Shown here piece by piece: positions 13,083-27,700 of a DNA stretch of 64,000 nt. Source of the DNA: Mustelus asterias (lineage: Eukaryota); NCBI RefSeq assembly GCF_964213995.1, contig NC_135830.1:14632001-14696000 (forward strand), given 5' to 3'. The notes below the pieces were generated by a model. It made no database searches. It saw only the letters and a list, made by a program, of their open reading frames with translations, and was not told the DNA's origin. Position 1 is the first letter of the stretch; each line of letters starts with the position of its first letter. The position numbers and the translations under genes were made by a program.

Positions 13083-15034
13083 GTGTCATAATGAGTTCGG
13101 GCACTAAATGTCCGAGAGTGGCAATTTCAAATAAGGAAACACATTTTTAACACACGCCGACCTGAATCGAGGCAGAACTGGACTGGATTTGAGATGGGAC
13201 CTCGAACAAAAATGGCTCAAGCGTGGAAATCTGAGGGACAGTTTCATGTCTGTACAACTATGATTAACAATATTTACCAAAGTCTTGGTGATAAAAACAG
13301 TGAATTCATAAAAGCAACGAGAATGGAATGTAATGAAATCATTACTTGCAAACATTCAATTCCATCAGTAGGAATGCAACTATCAATGAAAGTGATGAAT
13401 TCACAACCGTCGGACAATATTTCCCTTTAAATTCGACTTTCATAGATATGGATGTCAGTGCTTTCATTTCCCCCAAAAAATCTCCTCAGATCTGTTTCAC
13501 TGTCGTACTGTTGAAGTGATACAATATCCCCATCTGCTGGCGACCCACAGCTACTGCATGCGTTTGACGTCGTGCGTCTCAGTAACTCAATGCCTGCGCT
13601 TGGGAACCGGTTGCTGAAGTGTGAGTACTGAACAATATTACCAGCATTTTAAGCTTGCAACAGGAGTTCGGCTGGTGCATTCTCCCGTTTTATTAGCAAA
13701 TACTTTACGGGAACTTTGTTCCTCATTCAGCACGCGGGATACCACATGGAGATTGAAATTGGGGTTCTATCAAACTGTAATTTGTACATCTGGTGCAGCT
13801 ATCAGACACTAACCCCGTTTAGAATGGGAGTGTGTAAACTTTTTTGCACTCCGTAATTCCTCTGCCAGACATTAATCTTACATACTGGAACATGCTAAAA
13901 GAAAATTTAAATTGCCCAAAACAATTGACCAAATTTCACTCTGATTCTATGAATATTGAAAACACAAACCTTTTATGGCATAGAGTTTATTTTTTCTTAA
14001 TCTTTGCCGTCTTTATTCACATTGTGTCCGTGCTTGGCGAGAAAAGAAGAGAAAAGGTTACGGTGATGCAGCGTGAAGGGGGTTAGTCGCCACACTAATA
14101 GCCATCGACAGTAAAAGTGCGAAAAGACGTAGTTTAGCAAACAAGTCCTGCACACTGCTCGCTGCGAGACAGTACTCAAGGGCACAAAACTGGCTGCTAG
14201 TTCTCAGGCAGAAACATCATAGATGTCAAACCTCACGGATTGTAAACCAATGTGAAGCTGCTTGGAGAACTAAATGATCTAAAGATAACATGGGGAGGGG
14301 ACATGCTTTACGGCTTGAACACAGAGTCTTTATATTTATAGAGACCGCCCTAACCTGAGAGTATTCAGTAACAGCAGGAATCATTGACATGGGCGAGATA
14401 AGCGATCGCCCACGCTTCCTCTTAAAAACGTGCGGTAACTATTGTCCTGAGTAGTACTGACACCGAGTTAGAACATGACAAAAAGCACATTTATTCTGGA
14501 ATCACTCGTGATCATAGTCAAGGGTTTGTTTTCCACCTGTTTCATCTCCGATTTTCGAGCTCTGGTTAAAGATCATTTTGTTGGAAGATCAACTTTGTCT
14601 CTCACGTCACAGGCGCTGACAAAGCTCACTGTGATAGTGTGCAAACCAGTATGATAAAACTGCCCGAAAATCGATTACGGGTCGCAACGGCGAAAACACT
14701 TAATCATAACCACTCGATCACCAAGGTAGCTGACATTAGCTGTTGCAATTAGCTGACTATCAGGAGTTTATACACTGCCTCACTTCAGCTCACAAACACA
14801 ATAGACCAGTTTTTCATGATAAGTTTCATTGTTAGATACATCCAGACGCGAAACGATAGTTCCCTTCTCATTCCACCGCTGCTGTCAGACCTGCAGCCTT
14901 TATCCAGCAGTTTCCTTTTTTGGTTCAGATTTCAGCACTCAGAGTAATGTGTTTTTATCTACATATTGGAGGCTGTTTGTTTCCTGGATGAAGCGCCTGG
15001 AACTCGGTTCGCATTTTCCGGATAATGTCAGCCA

Positions 15035-15280
15035 GGTGAGGAGACATTTCTTCACTCAAAGGCTTGTGAATCCGTGTAACTCCATAAACCATGTCTGTGG
15101 ATTCTCAGTCGATGGAGATATCTGACGGATGAGATGGAGAGATCGTGAGACTTAAAGGAATGAAGGGCTATTGGGTCGGGTTGGAAATCGGTACTTAGTC
15201 TATAGACCCACCTTGAACTTATTCAGTGGTAGAGGAGGCTCAATGGGGCATGTGATGCAATCCTACTCCATTGATTCTGT
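15035..15280 (+). mobile_element. Degraded CR1 3' end
   Basis: RRHFFTQRLVN motif and a decayed 3' UTR. Confidence 0.55.
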
Positions 15281-15659
15281 TGACTGGCAATCCAGATCTG
15301 TCAACAAATGATTATGTCAGTAAGGTTGGTCACTGCCTAAGGCACTGCATGCAAGCTGGCAGCTTTTTGGAGGACGTGGGTTCGTTTATTAAAACTTTTG
15401 ATTTAATTTAAACTTCATGAAATACTTTCGATCGAACATTTTTTTTGGGTTCAGACTTAACGCAATAGAATGTATGGTTGTCCAATTTGACAGGAGGGAC
15501 TATCAGAGGCAATGTCAATATAAATTGATGCGGGAAATTGACCTGGTTGTGCTCAGGGACGGATATTTTCTCCGTGTTTTTGAAAATCTCCCGTGTCCTA
15601 TCAGGAAGTTATTTCACCTCCTCTTAATTCATACCCCGTGCCAGAGAAATGAATTTTTA

Positions 15660-15730
15660 TTCGCTGATTGGAAAAGAACCCGGGCTGCGGCGGTAAAAGC
15701 GCTGAAACCTAACCACTGGACTACCAAGGA
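15660..15730 (-). pseudogene. tRNA-Glu pseudogene
   Basis: Reverse complement tccttggtagtccagtggttagg...accgccgcagcccgggttc resembles vertebrate tRNA-Glu; anticodon and T-loop are mutated. Confidence 0.75.
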
Positions 15731-16817
15731 AGATAGTTGCAAGGATTCCAACCTCATTTATCAACGTCAACATGTTTAAAGTACCTAAGACATGTTTGTC
15801 GGACAAAATGCCATGTTGAGCTGGAACACCAACCCTCCTTCAGCTAAGGAGAGCACTGATTGGTCTCAGCTGCAACATGAAATCGACACTGAGGTGAAAT
15901 AATTATCGCAGGTTGACGAGGGATCGATTCCCTGTCAGGTAATGATCGTTTTTTGCTCTCGTGCAGCGCTGGAATTAAGAGAAGCTGAAATTATTTCCTC
16001 CAACGGTACTGGTACTTGTGCCAGTTTAAACAACAGGGACCCATTCGACAATCCCCTCCATTGCCCACAGCAATTCACATTTGCATTGCCCGGCTGGTTG
16101 TTCCTGTCAAAATGAGTAAGCTACCTTCTCTTGCATTAAATGTCACTGTAACTCACTACATTCAAAGAACAGTGCTAGCATCGACCTATTATAAACCTTA
16201 ATGCTGTAAATTTGTTGAACAACATCAGCTGATCACAGCTCTGCGTTCGTCACGCTGGAAGCTCATGTGGAAATATAAATAATTTTAAAGCTTAATAGCG
16301 TGCATAGGACTGAAATGAGGTGTCACTGTGTGTAATTGACACTGTGCACATTCCTGTAATGAGTATCTGGAAGAATCAGGAAGATGAGATTCTGATGGTC
16401 AAGTGGTTAGAATTCTGAGTTTTCAGGGTCACGGCTTCGATATACTAAAATGTAATCTTTTTGAGAATCCGTTTAACAAACCTGATCGAAAACAGCGCTG
16501 TCAGAATCAGTGGAATGAGTTTTCGAGATTTGTGTCCGTATTGGAAATGTCGCATGGGCAACAGGCCAAGAACAAACACAGATAGTGAAGTTGAGCAATA
16601 GGCTGCAAAGAGCTGATCGTAAAGATTGCGACACAAGATGAAATCTGGGTGGCAATAGGATAGATTTTATTATTTCCACTGACACAGATATCTCCAAGAT
16701 CTGGATCCAAATTTTGGTCAAATTAAAAGGAAATGTCTCGCTGAATTAAACACTAGACTCTTTCACTTCACTCAGAAAACAGTATCATGCTGGATCCGGA
16801 GCCTTAACTGATAACTG

Positions 16818-16890
16818 AGGGGCACAACTCAGTGGTTGAGCATTTGACTGCAGATAGATCAGTGCCATCTTCAATGTTTGGTTGGCAAGT
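16818..16890 (+). pseudogene. tRNA-Cys(GCA) pseudogene
   Basis: ggggcacaactcagtggttgagcatttgactgcagat matches the tRNA-Cys 5' half; 3' half is decayed. Confidence 0.7.
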
Positions 16891-17266
16891 TTTCATTTTC
16901 AATTATAACTGCCTATCATTGGCTGATGAGCGCGTTTGGCGTCCAATAATCGGGAATGGCGCTATATAAATGCAAGTCTGCCTTTGAGAATCTTCAGTGC
17001 CAGTCCTCTGGCTACTGATCCCATTCAGTGGAAACAGTTTCTCCCTGTCTGCCATTTCAAACGGTCCCTTCCCATGTTAGGAGAACGGGGAAACCACTAA
17101 CTCACAGCAACACTGTGTGGATGAAATAGTCAAATTGACTGAATAGAATTGTAAATAGTGTGGTAATGCTAAAGTTCTGGATTTGGTTTTATACAAAATA
17201 AAATTACTTTAGATTATATCCAGCACTCGCTGACACTCTAATATAGTGTCGGCTCAGTTTATGCCA

Positions 17267-17340
17267 GTCTGTTCAGCGCAATTGGTCAGCGCATTCGACT
17301 ATTAACAGATAGGTTGGTGGTTCGACACCAATCCCCTGGC
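17267..17340 (+). pseudogene. tRNA-Asn pseudogene
   Basis: gcgcaattggtcagcgcattcgactattaacagataggttggtggttcga resembles tRNA-Asn; anticodon GTT is changed to ATT and the acceptor stem is broken. Confidence 0.75.
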
Positions 17341-17564
17341 AGAGTTTTCTATTTTTCCCCATCAGCACTCATTGTCACAGAGTGCCTGGGACCTTGGGCA
17401 AAACGAAAAATATTTCTCAAGTGTTGTGGTCTCTACTGTTATCCGGTGTCACCAACATTATTTCTGTAATACATATTAATTCCATACATAATACATGCAT
17501 CAATATATTTATTTCAAATATGTTATGAAAGTTAAGAATTAGAATCTAATAAGAGTCATGTCTG

Positions 17565-18060
17565 TAAGTGCTCTTGTGTCAGTTCTCCGCGGGGTGCTCA
17601 TCTTGAGACTGGCCCCCCGTGTTTTAGATTTCCCGATCAGTGCAAACAATGTCTCGGTATTCAGCAGGATTCAATGAGATATCCTCTCACTTTTTTTAGC
17701 TTCAGGTAATTTCAGCGCAATTTACACAGCCTCTCATCCCAGGAGAACTCTCTCATCCCAGGAGAACTCTCTCATCCCAAGAGAACTCTCTCATCCCAGA
17801 GACGAACCTGGTGAACCTTTAGTGCACAGTTTCCAGTGCAATGATATTCTTTTTTAAATGTGGATATCAACATTGCACACACTGTGCCACATGTGGTCCC
17901 AGTGAAACCCCATAAAACTGTAGCAAGTTTTGTTCTTATTCCTGTATTCCAATCTGCTTGCATGAAAGACCAAACTTCCATTTGCCTTTCTAATTATCGG
18001 CTGCACCTGCACGCTAATGTCCCGCGTTCCTTTTACAAAAGCACCCAAGTCATTTTGAAC
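17565..18060 (-). mobile_element. Degraded CR1 3' region
   Basis: VQVQPIIRKANG-like peptide on the minus strand; internal 20-bp tandem triplication at ~17731-17800. Confidence 0.65.
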
Positions 18061-19033
18061 ATCATCACTGATAAATCAGCTCACATTTTCAAACATGCTT
18101 TGCTCTTTCCTCGTTTACGAACAAGAGAACATCTTGTCACTTTCCAACATTACACCCAATCTCCTCTACCCACTGAGCTATGGAGCCAATTGCTGGGTTC
18201 AGCACGGAGTTACTGTATCATCATCAGCGGAACGAGGAACAGGCTGGATTTTCAGGTGGGTGATGTCTGACGGATGTGGAAATGTCTGAATGGAGAAGGA
18301 CGAGATAGATGCGACTTGAAAGAGGCAGAATTTGACATGTGTCAGCTCCTTTTGTGATAAATGTCTGCCGTGTGTGTGCTGTGTGATTCTTCTTCATAGT
18401 CCATTGCTGATGTTTCATCTCTGACTTTTCCAGTCTGATACAAGTTCAACCAGCTGAAAGATCAACGTTGTTTCTCCCTGAACATACACTGTGAGGCGTA
18501 TTTTGATTCAATGAAGAATTAGATAAGACGTTATTCAGTCCGTGGTGTCGAATCCTGACCATGAGACTTCCAGAATAGATATCAGGGATTTTTAATTCGC
18601 TGGTCACCCTCTCTGTTTCTGTTGCGTCATTTCAGATCACTTTCGCTCCAGACCCCACTAATCCCCTGACATACTGACTCCAGACCCCACTAATCAACAG
18701 AGCACCGTTACCCAGGTCTTATCCCGGTACCCTGACATACTGACCCCACTAATCAACAGAGCACATTTACCCAGACCCTATCCTTGTCCCCTGACATACT
18801 GACCCCACTAATCAACAGAGCACCTTTAGCCAGGCCCTATCCCTGCACCCTAATACACTGACCCCACTAATCAGAGCATCGTTTCCCAGGCCCAAGTCCT
18901 GTACCCTGACATACTGACCCCACTGGCCAACAGAGCACCTTTCCCAGCCCCGATCCCTGTCCCCTGACATACTGACCTCACTAATGAACAGAGCACCTTT
19001 ACCCAGGTCCTATCCTTGTACCCTGACATACTG

Positions 19034-19197
19034 TGGTCATGATGTGGAGATGCCGGCGTTGGACTGGGGTAAGCACAGTAAGAAGTCTCAGAACACCAGG
19101 TTAAAGTCCAACAGGTTTATTTGGTACCAAATACCATTGTATTTGCTACCAAATAAACCTGTTGGACTTTAACCTGGTGTTGTGAGACTTCTTACTG
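19034..19197. mobile_element. Penelope pseudo-LTR fragment in fold-back (inverted) arrangement
   Basis: Same sequence as the pLTR ends at 47674 and 48990-49078; self-complementary arms; flanked by CCCTGACATACTG on both sides. Confidence 0.85.
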
Positions 19198-21112
19198 CCC
19201 TGACATACTGACAGCACCCATCTGCAGAGTGCATGTACGCAGGCCCTATCCCTGTACCCCGACAGACTGACCCCACTAATAAACAGAGCACATTTCCCCA
19301 GGCCCTATCCGTGTACCCTGACAAACTGACCCCACTAATCAACAGAACACTTATACCCAGTCACTATTCCTCTCGCCTGACATACTAACCCCACTAATCA
19401 ACAGAGCACCTTTCCCCAGGCCGTATCCCTGTGCCTTGACATACTGACCCCCACTAATCAACAGAGCACTTTTACCCAGGCCCTAGCCCTGTACCCTGAC
19501 ATACTGACCCGACTAATCAGAGCAACATTCCCCAGGCCCTATCGCTGTCCCTGACATACTGAACCCATTAATCAACAGAGTACCATTACCCAGACCCGAT
19601 CCCTGTCCCCTGACATACTGACCCCACTAATCAACAGAGCACCTTTAAACAGGCCCTATCCCTGTACCCTGACATACTGACCCCACTAATCAGAACAACA
19701 TTACTCAGGCCCTATCCCTGCACCGTGATGGACAGACCCCACTAATCAGAGCACCTTCACCCAGGCCCGATCCCTGTACCCTGCCATACTGACCCCACTG
19801 ATCAGACCAACATTCCCCAGGCCCTATCCCTGTACCCTGATATACTGACCCCACCAATCAGAACACCTTCACCCAGGCCCGATGCCTGTACCATGCCCTA
19901 CTGATTCCACTAATCAGAGCAATATTCCCCAGGCCCTATCCCTGTCCCCTGACATACTGATCTCACTAATCAACAGAGCACCTTTTCCCATGTCCTATCC
20001 CTGTACCCTGACATATTGACCCCACTAATAAACAGAGCACCTTTACCCAGGCTCTATCTCAGTACCCTGACACACTGACCCCACTAATAAACAGAGCATC
20101 TTTACTCAGGCCCAATCCCTATACCCTGACATAATGACCCCACAAATCAACAGAGCACCTTTCCCCCGGCCCTATCCCTGTACCCTGGCATTCTGACCCC
20201 GTTAATCAACAGAGCACCTTTAACCGGGCCCTATCCCTGTATGTACCCTGACATACTAAACACAGTATTCAACAGAGTGCCTTACCTCAGGCTCTACCCC
20301 TCTCCCCTGACATATTGACCCCACTAATAAACTGAGCAACTTTTCCCAGGCCCTATCGCTGTACCCTGACATACTGACCCCACTAATCAACAGAGCACCA
20401 TTACCCAGGCCCGATCCCTGTACCCTGACATACTGACCCCACTAATAAACAGAGCACCTTTACCCAGGCCCTATCCCTGTACCCTGACATACTGACCCCA
20501 CTAATCAGGGCATCTTTTCCCAGGCCCTAGTCCTGTACCCTGACATATTGACCCAACTAATCAACAGAGCACTTTTACACAGGCCCTATCCCTGTGCCCT
20601 GACATACTGACCCCATTAATCAACAGAGCACCTTTACCCAGGCCCGATCCCTGTACCTTGATGTACTGACCCCACTAATCAGAGCACCATTCCCCAGGCC
20701 CTATACCTGTGCCCTGCAATACTCGACCCACTAATCAACAGAACACCGTTACCCAGGCCCTATCCCTTTATCCTGACATACTGACCCCACTAATCAACCG
20801 AGCCCTTTTACCCAGGCCCTATCGTGTGCCCTGAAATACTGACTCGACTGATCAAAAGAGCACCTTGACCAACGCCCTATCCCTGTCCCCTGACATACTG
20901 ACCTCACGAACGAACAGAGCACCTTTTCCCAGGTCCTATCCCTGTACCCTGACATATTGACACCACTCATTAGCAGAGTATCTTTACGCCGGCCCTATCC
21001 CTGTACCCTTGAATACTGACCCCAATAATCGACAGAAAACCTTTCCCCAGGCCGTATCCCTGTCCCCTGACATACTGACCCCACTAATCAACAGACCACT
21101 TTTAACAGGCCC

Positions 21113-24100
21113 AACATAAGAACATAAGAAATAGGAGCAGGAGTAGGCCATCTGGCCCTTCGAGCCTGCCCCGCCATTCAACAGGATCATGGCTGATCTG
21201 ACGCGAATCAGTTCCACTTACTCGCCTGCTCCCCATATCCCCTAATTCCCTTATCGATCAGAAAATTATCTACCCGTGATTTAAACATATTCAACGAGGA
21301 AGCCTCCACCACTTCAATGGGCAGAGAATTCCAGAGATTCACTACCCTCTGAGAGAAGAAGTTCCCCCTCAACTCTGTTCTGAACCGGCCTCCCCTTATT
21401 TTGAGGCTGTGCCCTCTCGTTCTGGTTTCCCTTCTAAGTGGAAAGAATCTCTCCACCACTACCCTATCCAGCCCCTTCATTATCTTATATGTCTCTATAA
21501 GATCACCCCTCATCCTTCTAAACTCCACCGAGTACAGACCCAATCTGTTTAATCTCTCCTCATAAGCTACACCCCTCATCTCCGGTATCAACCTGGTGAA
21601 CCTTCTCTGCACTCCCTCCAAGGCCAATATATCCTTTCGCAAATAAGGGGACCAAAACTGCACACAGTCCGCCAGTTGCGGCCTCACCAGTGCCTTGTAC
21701 AGTTGCAGCAAGACCTCCCTGCTTTTATATTCTATCCCCCTCGCGATAAAGGCCAACATTCCATTTGCCTTCTTGATCACCTGCTGCACCTGCAGACTGA
21801 GTGTTTGCGATTCGTGCACAAGGACCCCCAGGTCCCTCTGCACAGTCGCACGATGTAATTTTTCTCCATTTAAATAATATTCCAATTTACTATTATTTCT
21901 TCCAAAGTGGATAACCTCACATTTGCTAACGTTATATTTCTTCTGCCAGATCCTCGCCCACTCGCTCAGCCTATCCAAATCTCTCTGCAGACTTTCCGCG
22001 TCCTCCACGCAATTCGCTTTCCCACTCACCTTCGTGTCATCAGCAAACTTGAATACCCTACATTCAGTCCCCTCCTCCAGATCATCCATGTAAATGGTAA
22101 ACCATTGAGGCCCCAGCACCGATCCCTGCGGCACGCCACTGGTCACCAACTGCCAACCAGAAAAGCACCCATTTATCCCAACTCTCTGCTTCCTGTTAGA
22201 TAGCCAATCCCCAATCCACGCCAACACCTTACCCCTAACTCCGTGTAACCCAATCTTATGCAGCAACCTTTTGTGAGGCACCTTATCGAACGCCTTCTGG
22301 AAATCTAAAAACACCACATCCACCGGTTCCCCTCTGTCAACCGCACTAGTGACATCTTCATAAAAGTCCAGTATATTCGTCAAACACGACTTCCCTTCAT
22401 GAATCCATGCTGCGTCTGCTTGATCGAACCATTCTTATTCAGGTGCTCTGTTATTTCCTCTTTAATAATGGACTCTAGCATCTTCCCAACGACGGCCGTT
22501 AAGCTAAACGGCCTGTAGTTACCCGCCTTTTGTCTACTTCCTTTTTTAAACAGCGGCGTAACAGTAGCTGTTTTCCAGTCAGCCGGCACTACCCCAGAGT
22601 CCAGCGAATTTTGATAAATTACTACGAACGCATCTGCTATTACCTCAGCCATTTCTTTCAGTACCCTGGGATGCATTCCATCCGGGCCCGGGGACTTGTC
22701 TACCTTCAGTCCTATTAGTCTACCAAGCACCACCTCCTTAGTAACAGTAATTGTATTAAGGACCTCCCCTCCCACCAACTCTCGATCTCTAATATTCGGC
22801 AAACTATTTGTGTCTTCCACCGTGAAGACCGACACAAAGAACTTATTTAAAGTCTCAGCCATTTCCTCGTTTTCCACTATTAAATCCCCCCTCTCATCTT
22901 CCAAGGGTCCAACATTCACTCTAGCCACTCTATTCCTTTTTATAAACTTGTAAAAACTTTTACTATCATCTTTTATATTTTGAGCTAGTTTAGTTTCATA
23001 ATCTATCTTTCCTTTCTTAATCGCTTTCTTAGTCGTTCTTTGTTTTTCTTTAAAGCTTTCCCAATCCACTAATTCTCCAGTATTTTGGCCACTCTGCACG
23101 CATCTGATTTTATTTTAATACTCTCTTTTATTTCCTTCGTTATCCACGTCCGGTTATCCTTTTTCTTACAGTCCTTCTTTGTCACCGGAATATATTTTTG
23201 CTGAGTACTTAAAAAAATCTCCTTAAAAATCCTCCACTGTTCCTCAGCTGTCCTACCTACCAGTCTGCTCGCCCAGTCTACATTAGCCAATTCCACCCTC
23301 ATCCTATCGTACTCCCCTCTGTTCAAGCAGAGGACACTGGTTTTAGACCCTACTTTCTCACCCTCCATCTGTATCAGAAATTCCACCATATTATGATCAC
23401 TCATCCCAAGAGGATCCTTCACAAGAAGATCCTTAATCCGACCTGCCTCATTGCACAGAACGAGATCCAAGATAGCTCGCTCTCTCGTAGGTTCTGTAAC
23501 ATACTGTTCAATGAAACCATCCCGACAGCATTTCAAGAACTCTTCCTCAAGCCCTCCACGTCCAATTTGAGTCGACCAATCAATATGTAGGTTAAAATCC
23601 CCCATGATTATTGCCGTTCCACTTTTGCACGCATCCATTATTTGCTTGTTTATAGCCCTCCCCACCTCTAAGTTATTATTTGGCGGCCTATAGACCACGC
23701 CTACCAGTGTCTTTCTCCCCCTACTATTCCTCATCTCCACCCAAAACGATTCCACGTTTTGCTCCTTAGAGCCTATGTCGCTCTCACTAACGTCCTGATA
23801 TTATCCTTCATTAACAAAGCTACCCCACTTCCGTTTTCTACCTGTCTATCCTTCCTAAATGCCTGATAACCCTGTATATTCAGTTCCCAGTCCCGGTCAC
23901 CCTGCAACCACATTTCTGTGATGGACACTAGATCATATTCATTTGTATGGATTTGTGCCATCAACTCATTTACTTGGTTTCGAATGCTTCGTGCATTCAT
24001 GCAAAGTGTCTTTATGCCAGCCTTTTTCTGGACCCGGTTTGTTGAAGCGCTACTAACATCTCCCAAGCCCTCTCCTCCTTTAGCTCGTTGTTTATTCACT

Positions 24101-24261
24101 ATACTCCTGGCATTAGAGTGGACACATCTCAATCCTATGGTCTGACCTCTCCCCTTCTCTGTTCCCAGTCCACCTGCCCTCTTGCACTGCCTATAACCCT
24201 TCTCTGTTTGCGAGCTACCTTCCTCACTCTCAGTCACGTCACTTTGATCCCCTCCCCCCAA
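21113..24261 (-). mobile_element. CR1 LINE, near-complete frameshifted ORF2 (APE + RT)
   Basis: ORFs 23773-24261, 23069-23755, 22380-23099 and 21208-22383; tail repeat at 21113-21130. Confidence 0.95.
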
Positions 24262-24700
24262 TCACTGTACCCTGACATACTGTCCCAACTAATCAGAGCA
24301 ACATTCCCCAGGCCCTATCCCTGACATACTGAACCTATTAATCAACAGAGCACCTTTACCCAGGTCCGATCCGTGATCATTAACATACTGACCCCACTAA
24401 TCAACAGACCACTTTTACGCAAGCCCTATTCCTGTGTCCTGACATACTGACCCCATGAATCAACAGAGCACCTTTACCCAGGCCCTATCCCTGTACCCTG
24501 ACATACTGACCCCACTAATCAACAGAGCATCTTTGCCCACGCCTAACCCATGGACCCTGACGTACTGACCCCACTAATCAGAGTACCATTACCCAGGCCT
24601 GATCCCTGTACCCTGACATACTGACCCCACAAATCAAGGGAGCACATTTACCCAGGCCTTATCCCTGTACCCTGACATACTGACCCCACTAATCAGAGAA

Positions 24701-27700
24701 CGGGAAGTTTTCAGGAGAGGATGGCAACTGTACAAGAAGGACGGGTCACAACTAAGTTGGAAGGGCACGAATATCCTGGCTGGGAGTTTTGCTAGTGCAG
24801 TTCGGGGGGATTTAAACTAGTATGGCAGGGGGGAGGGGATCAAAATGTTAGGTCTACAAGTGTAGAGGCTGGGGACGAGCTTGGGGCAGGGACAAGGCTC
24901 GCAAAGAAGAAGAGCACTCTGGGGGAGGATGACCTCACTGGGCCTGGAGGTCTGGAGTGCTTATATTTCAATGCAAGGAGCGTAGCAGGTAAGACAGATG
25001 AACTTAGGGCCTTAATGCTCACGAGGAATTTGTATATATGGTTGCGGTGACAGAGACTTGGTTGAAAGAGGGACAGGACTGGCAGCTGAATATTCCGCGG
25101 TACAAGTGTTTTAGGCGAGACAGAGGAGGGGCCAAAAGAGGTGGGGGAGTAGCAGTATTAGTTGGAGAGCATATTACAGCGGTGCAGAGGGAGGACAATT
25201 CAGAGGGGTCGTGTAACGAGTCACTGTGGGTGGAGCTTAGAAACAGGAAGGGCGCAGTCACTATGTTGGGGGTGTACTACAGGCCTCCCAACAGCCCAAG
25301 GGAAGTGAAAGAACGGATATGTAAGGAGATACTGGATAGGTGCAGGAAAAATAGGGTTGTTGTAGTGGGAGACTTCAATTTCCCTGGTATAGACTGGAAA
25401 TCGCTGAGAGCAGGGACTCCGAATGGGGAGGAATTTGTAAAATGCGTACAGGAGGGTTCTTTGGAACAATATGTAGATAGCCCGACTAGAGAGGAGGCTA
25501 TACTGGACCTCGTACTGGGGAATAAGCCCGGTCAGGTCTTCAAAGTTTCGGTAGGGGAACATGTGGCAAATAGTGACCACAATTCTGTTAGCTTTAGGAT
25601 AGTGATGGAAAAGGATGAGTGGTGTCCCAAGGGTAAGGTGTTGGATTGGGGGAAGGCTAACTTTAGTGGGATTAGGCCGAAATTGGCAGCTCTTGATTGG
25701 GAGAGGCTGTTTGAGGGTAAATCCACATCTGGCATGTGGGAGTCTTTTAAGGAACAGTTGTTAGGGCTACAGGACAGGCAGGTGCCTGTTAAAAAGAAGG
25801 ATAGGAAGGGTCGGATTCGAGAACCGTGGATAACCAGGGAAATTGAGGGACTGGTCAAAAAGAAAAGAGAGGCGTATGGTAGGTCCAGGCAGCTAAAAAC
25901 GGAGGGAGCTCTGGAGGAGTACAAAGAAAGTAGGAAAGAACTCAAACGGGGAATTAGAAGAGCAAAAAGGGGTCACGAAATGTTCTTGGCAGACAGGATT
26001 AAGGAGAAACCCAAGCATTTTATTCATACGTTAGGAACAAAAGGGTTGTCAGGGAAAAAATCGGACCTCTCAGGGACAAAAGTGGGGAATTATGCTTGGA
26101 GCCCAAAGAAGTAGGGGAGATCCTAAATGAATACTTTGCGTCGGTATTCACAAAGGAGAGGGATGTGTTGACTGGGAGTGTCTCGGAGGGGAGTGTTGAA
26201 CCGTTGGAGAAAATCTCCATTACAAAGGAGGAAGTGTTAGGTTTGTTAGAGAATTTAAAGACTGACAAATCCCCAGGGCCTGATGGAATCTATCCAAGGC
26301 TGCTCAGGGAGACAAGAGGTGAAATCGCTGGACCTCTGACGCAAATCTTTGTCTCGTCACTAGACACAGGTGAGGTCCCAGAGGATTGGAGGATAGCTAA
26401 TGTGGTCCCGTTATTTAAGAAGGGTAGGAAGGATAACCCGGGTAATTATAGGCCGGTGAGCTTGACGTCCGTGGTGGGGAAGTTGTTGGAGAAGATTCTT
26501 AGAGATAGGATGTATGCGCATTTAGAAAGGAATAAACTCATTAACGATAGTCAGCATGGTTTTGTGAGAGGGAGGTCATGCCTCACGAACCTGGTGGAGT
26601 TTTTTGAAGAAGTGACCAAAATGGTTGACGAGGGAAGGGCCGTGGATGTCGTCTATATGGACTTTAGTAAAGCGTTTGACAAAGTCCCTCATGGTAGGCT
26701 GGTGAAAAAGGTTGGATCTCATGGGATAAAGGGGGAGATGGCTAGATGGGTGGAGAACTGGCTTGGTCACAGAAGACAGAGGGTGGTAGTGGAAGGGTCT
26801 TTTCCCGGCTGGAGGCCTGTGACTAGTGGTGTTCCACAGGGCTCTGTATTGGGACTTCTGCTGTTTGTGATATATATAAATGATCTGGAAGAAGGTGTAA
26901 CTGGGGTGATCAGTAAGTTTGCGGACGACACAAAATTGGCAGGAGTTGCAGATAGTGAGGAGAATTGTTAGAAGCGACAGAAGGATATAGATAGGCTGGA
27001 AATTTGGGCAAAGAAATGGCAGATGGAGTTCAATCCTGATAAATGCGAAGTGATGCATTTTGGTGGGAATAATGTAGGGAGGAGCTATACGATAAATGGC
27101 AGAACCATAAAGGGTGTAGATACGCAGAGGGACCTGGGTGTGCAAGTCCACAGATCCTTGAAGGTGACGTCACAGGTGGAGAAGGTGGTGAAGAAGGCAT
27201 ATGGCATGCTTGCCTTTATAGGACGGGGCATAGAGTATAAAAGTTGGGGTCTGATGTTGCAGATGTATAGAACGTTGGTTCGGCCACATTTGGAATACTG
27301 CGTCCAGTTCTGGTCGCCACACTACCAGAAGGACGTGGAGGCTTTGGAGAGAGTACAGAGGAGGTTTACCAGGATGTTACCTGGTATGGAGGGGCTTAGT
27401 TATGAGGAGAGATTGGGTAAACTGGGTTTGTTCTCCCTGGAAAGACGGAGGACGAGGGGAGACTTAATAGAGGTGTATAAAATTATGAAAGGCATAGATA
27501 GGGTGAACGGTGGGAAGCTTTTCCCCAGGTCGGTGGTGACGTTCACGAGGGGTCATAGGTTCAAGGTGAAGGGGGGGAGGTTTAACACAGATATCAGAAG
27601 GACATATTTTACACAGAGGGTGGTGGGGGCCTCGAATGCGCTGCCAGGCAAGGTGGTGGAGGCGGACACACTGGGAACGTTTACGACTTATCTAGACAGC

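Noticed and set aside
13949-14086. Signal-peptide-like hydrophobic exon
   Set aside because: No canonical donor or downstream exon identified
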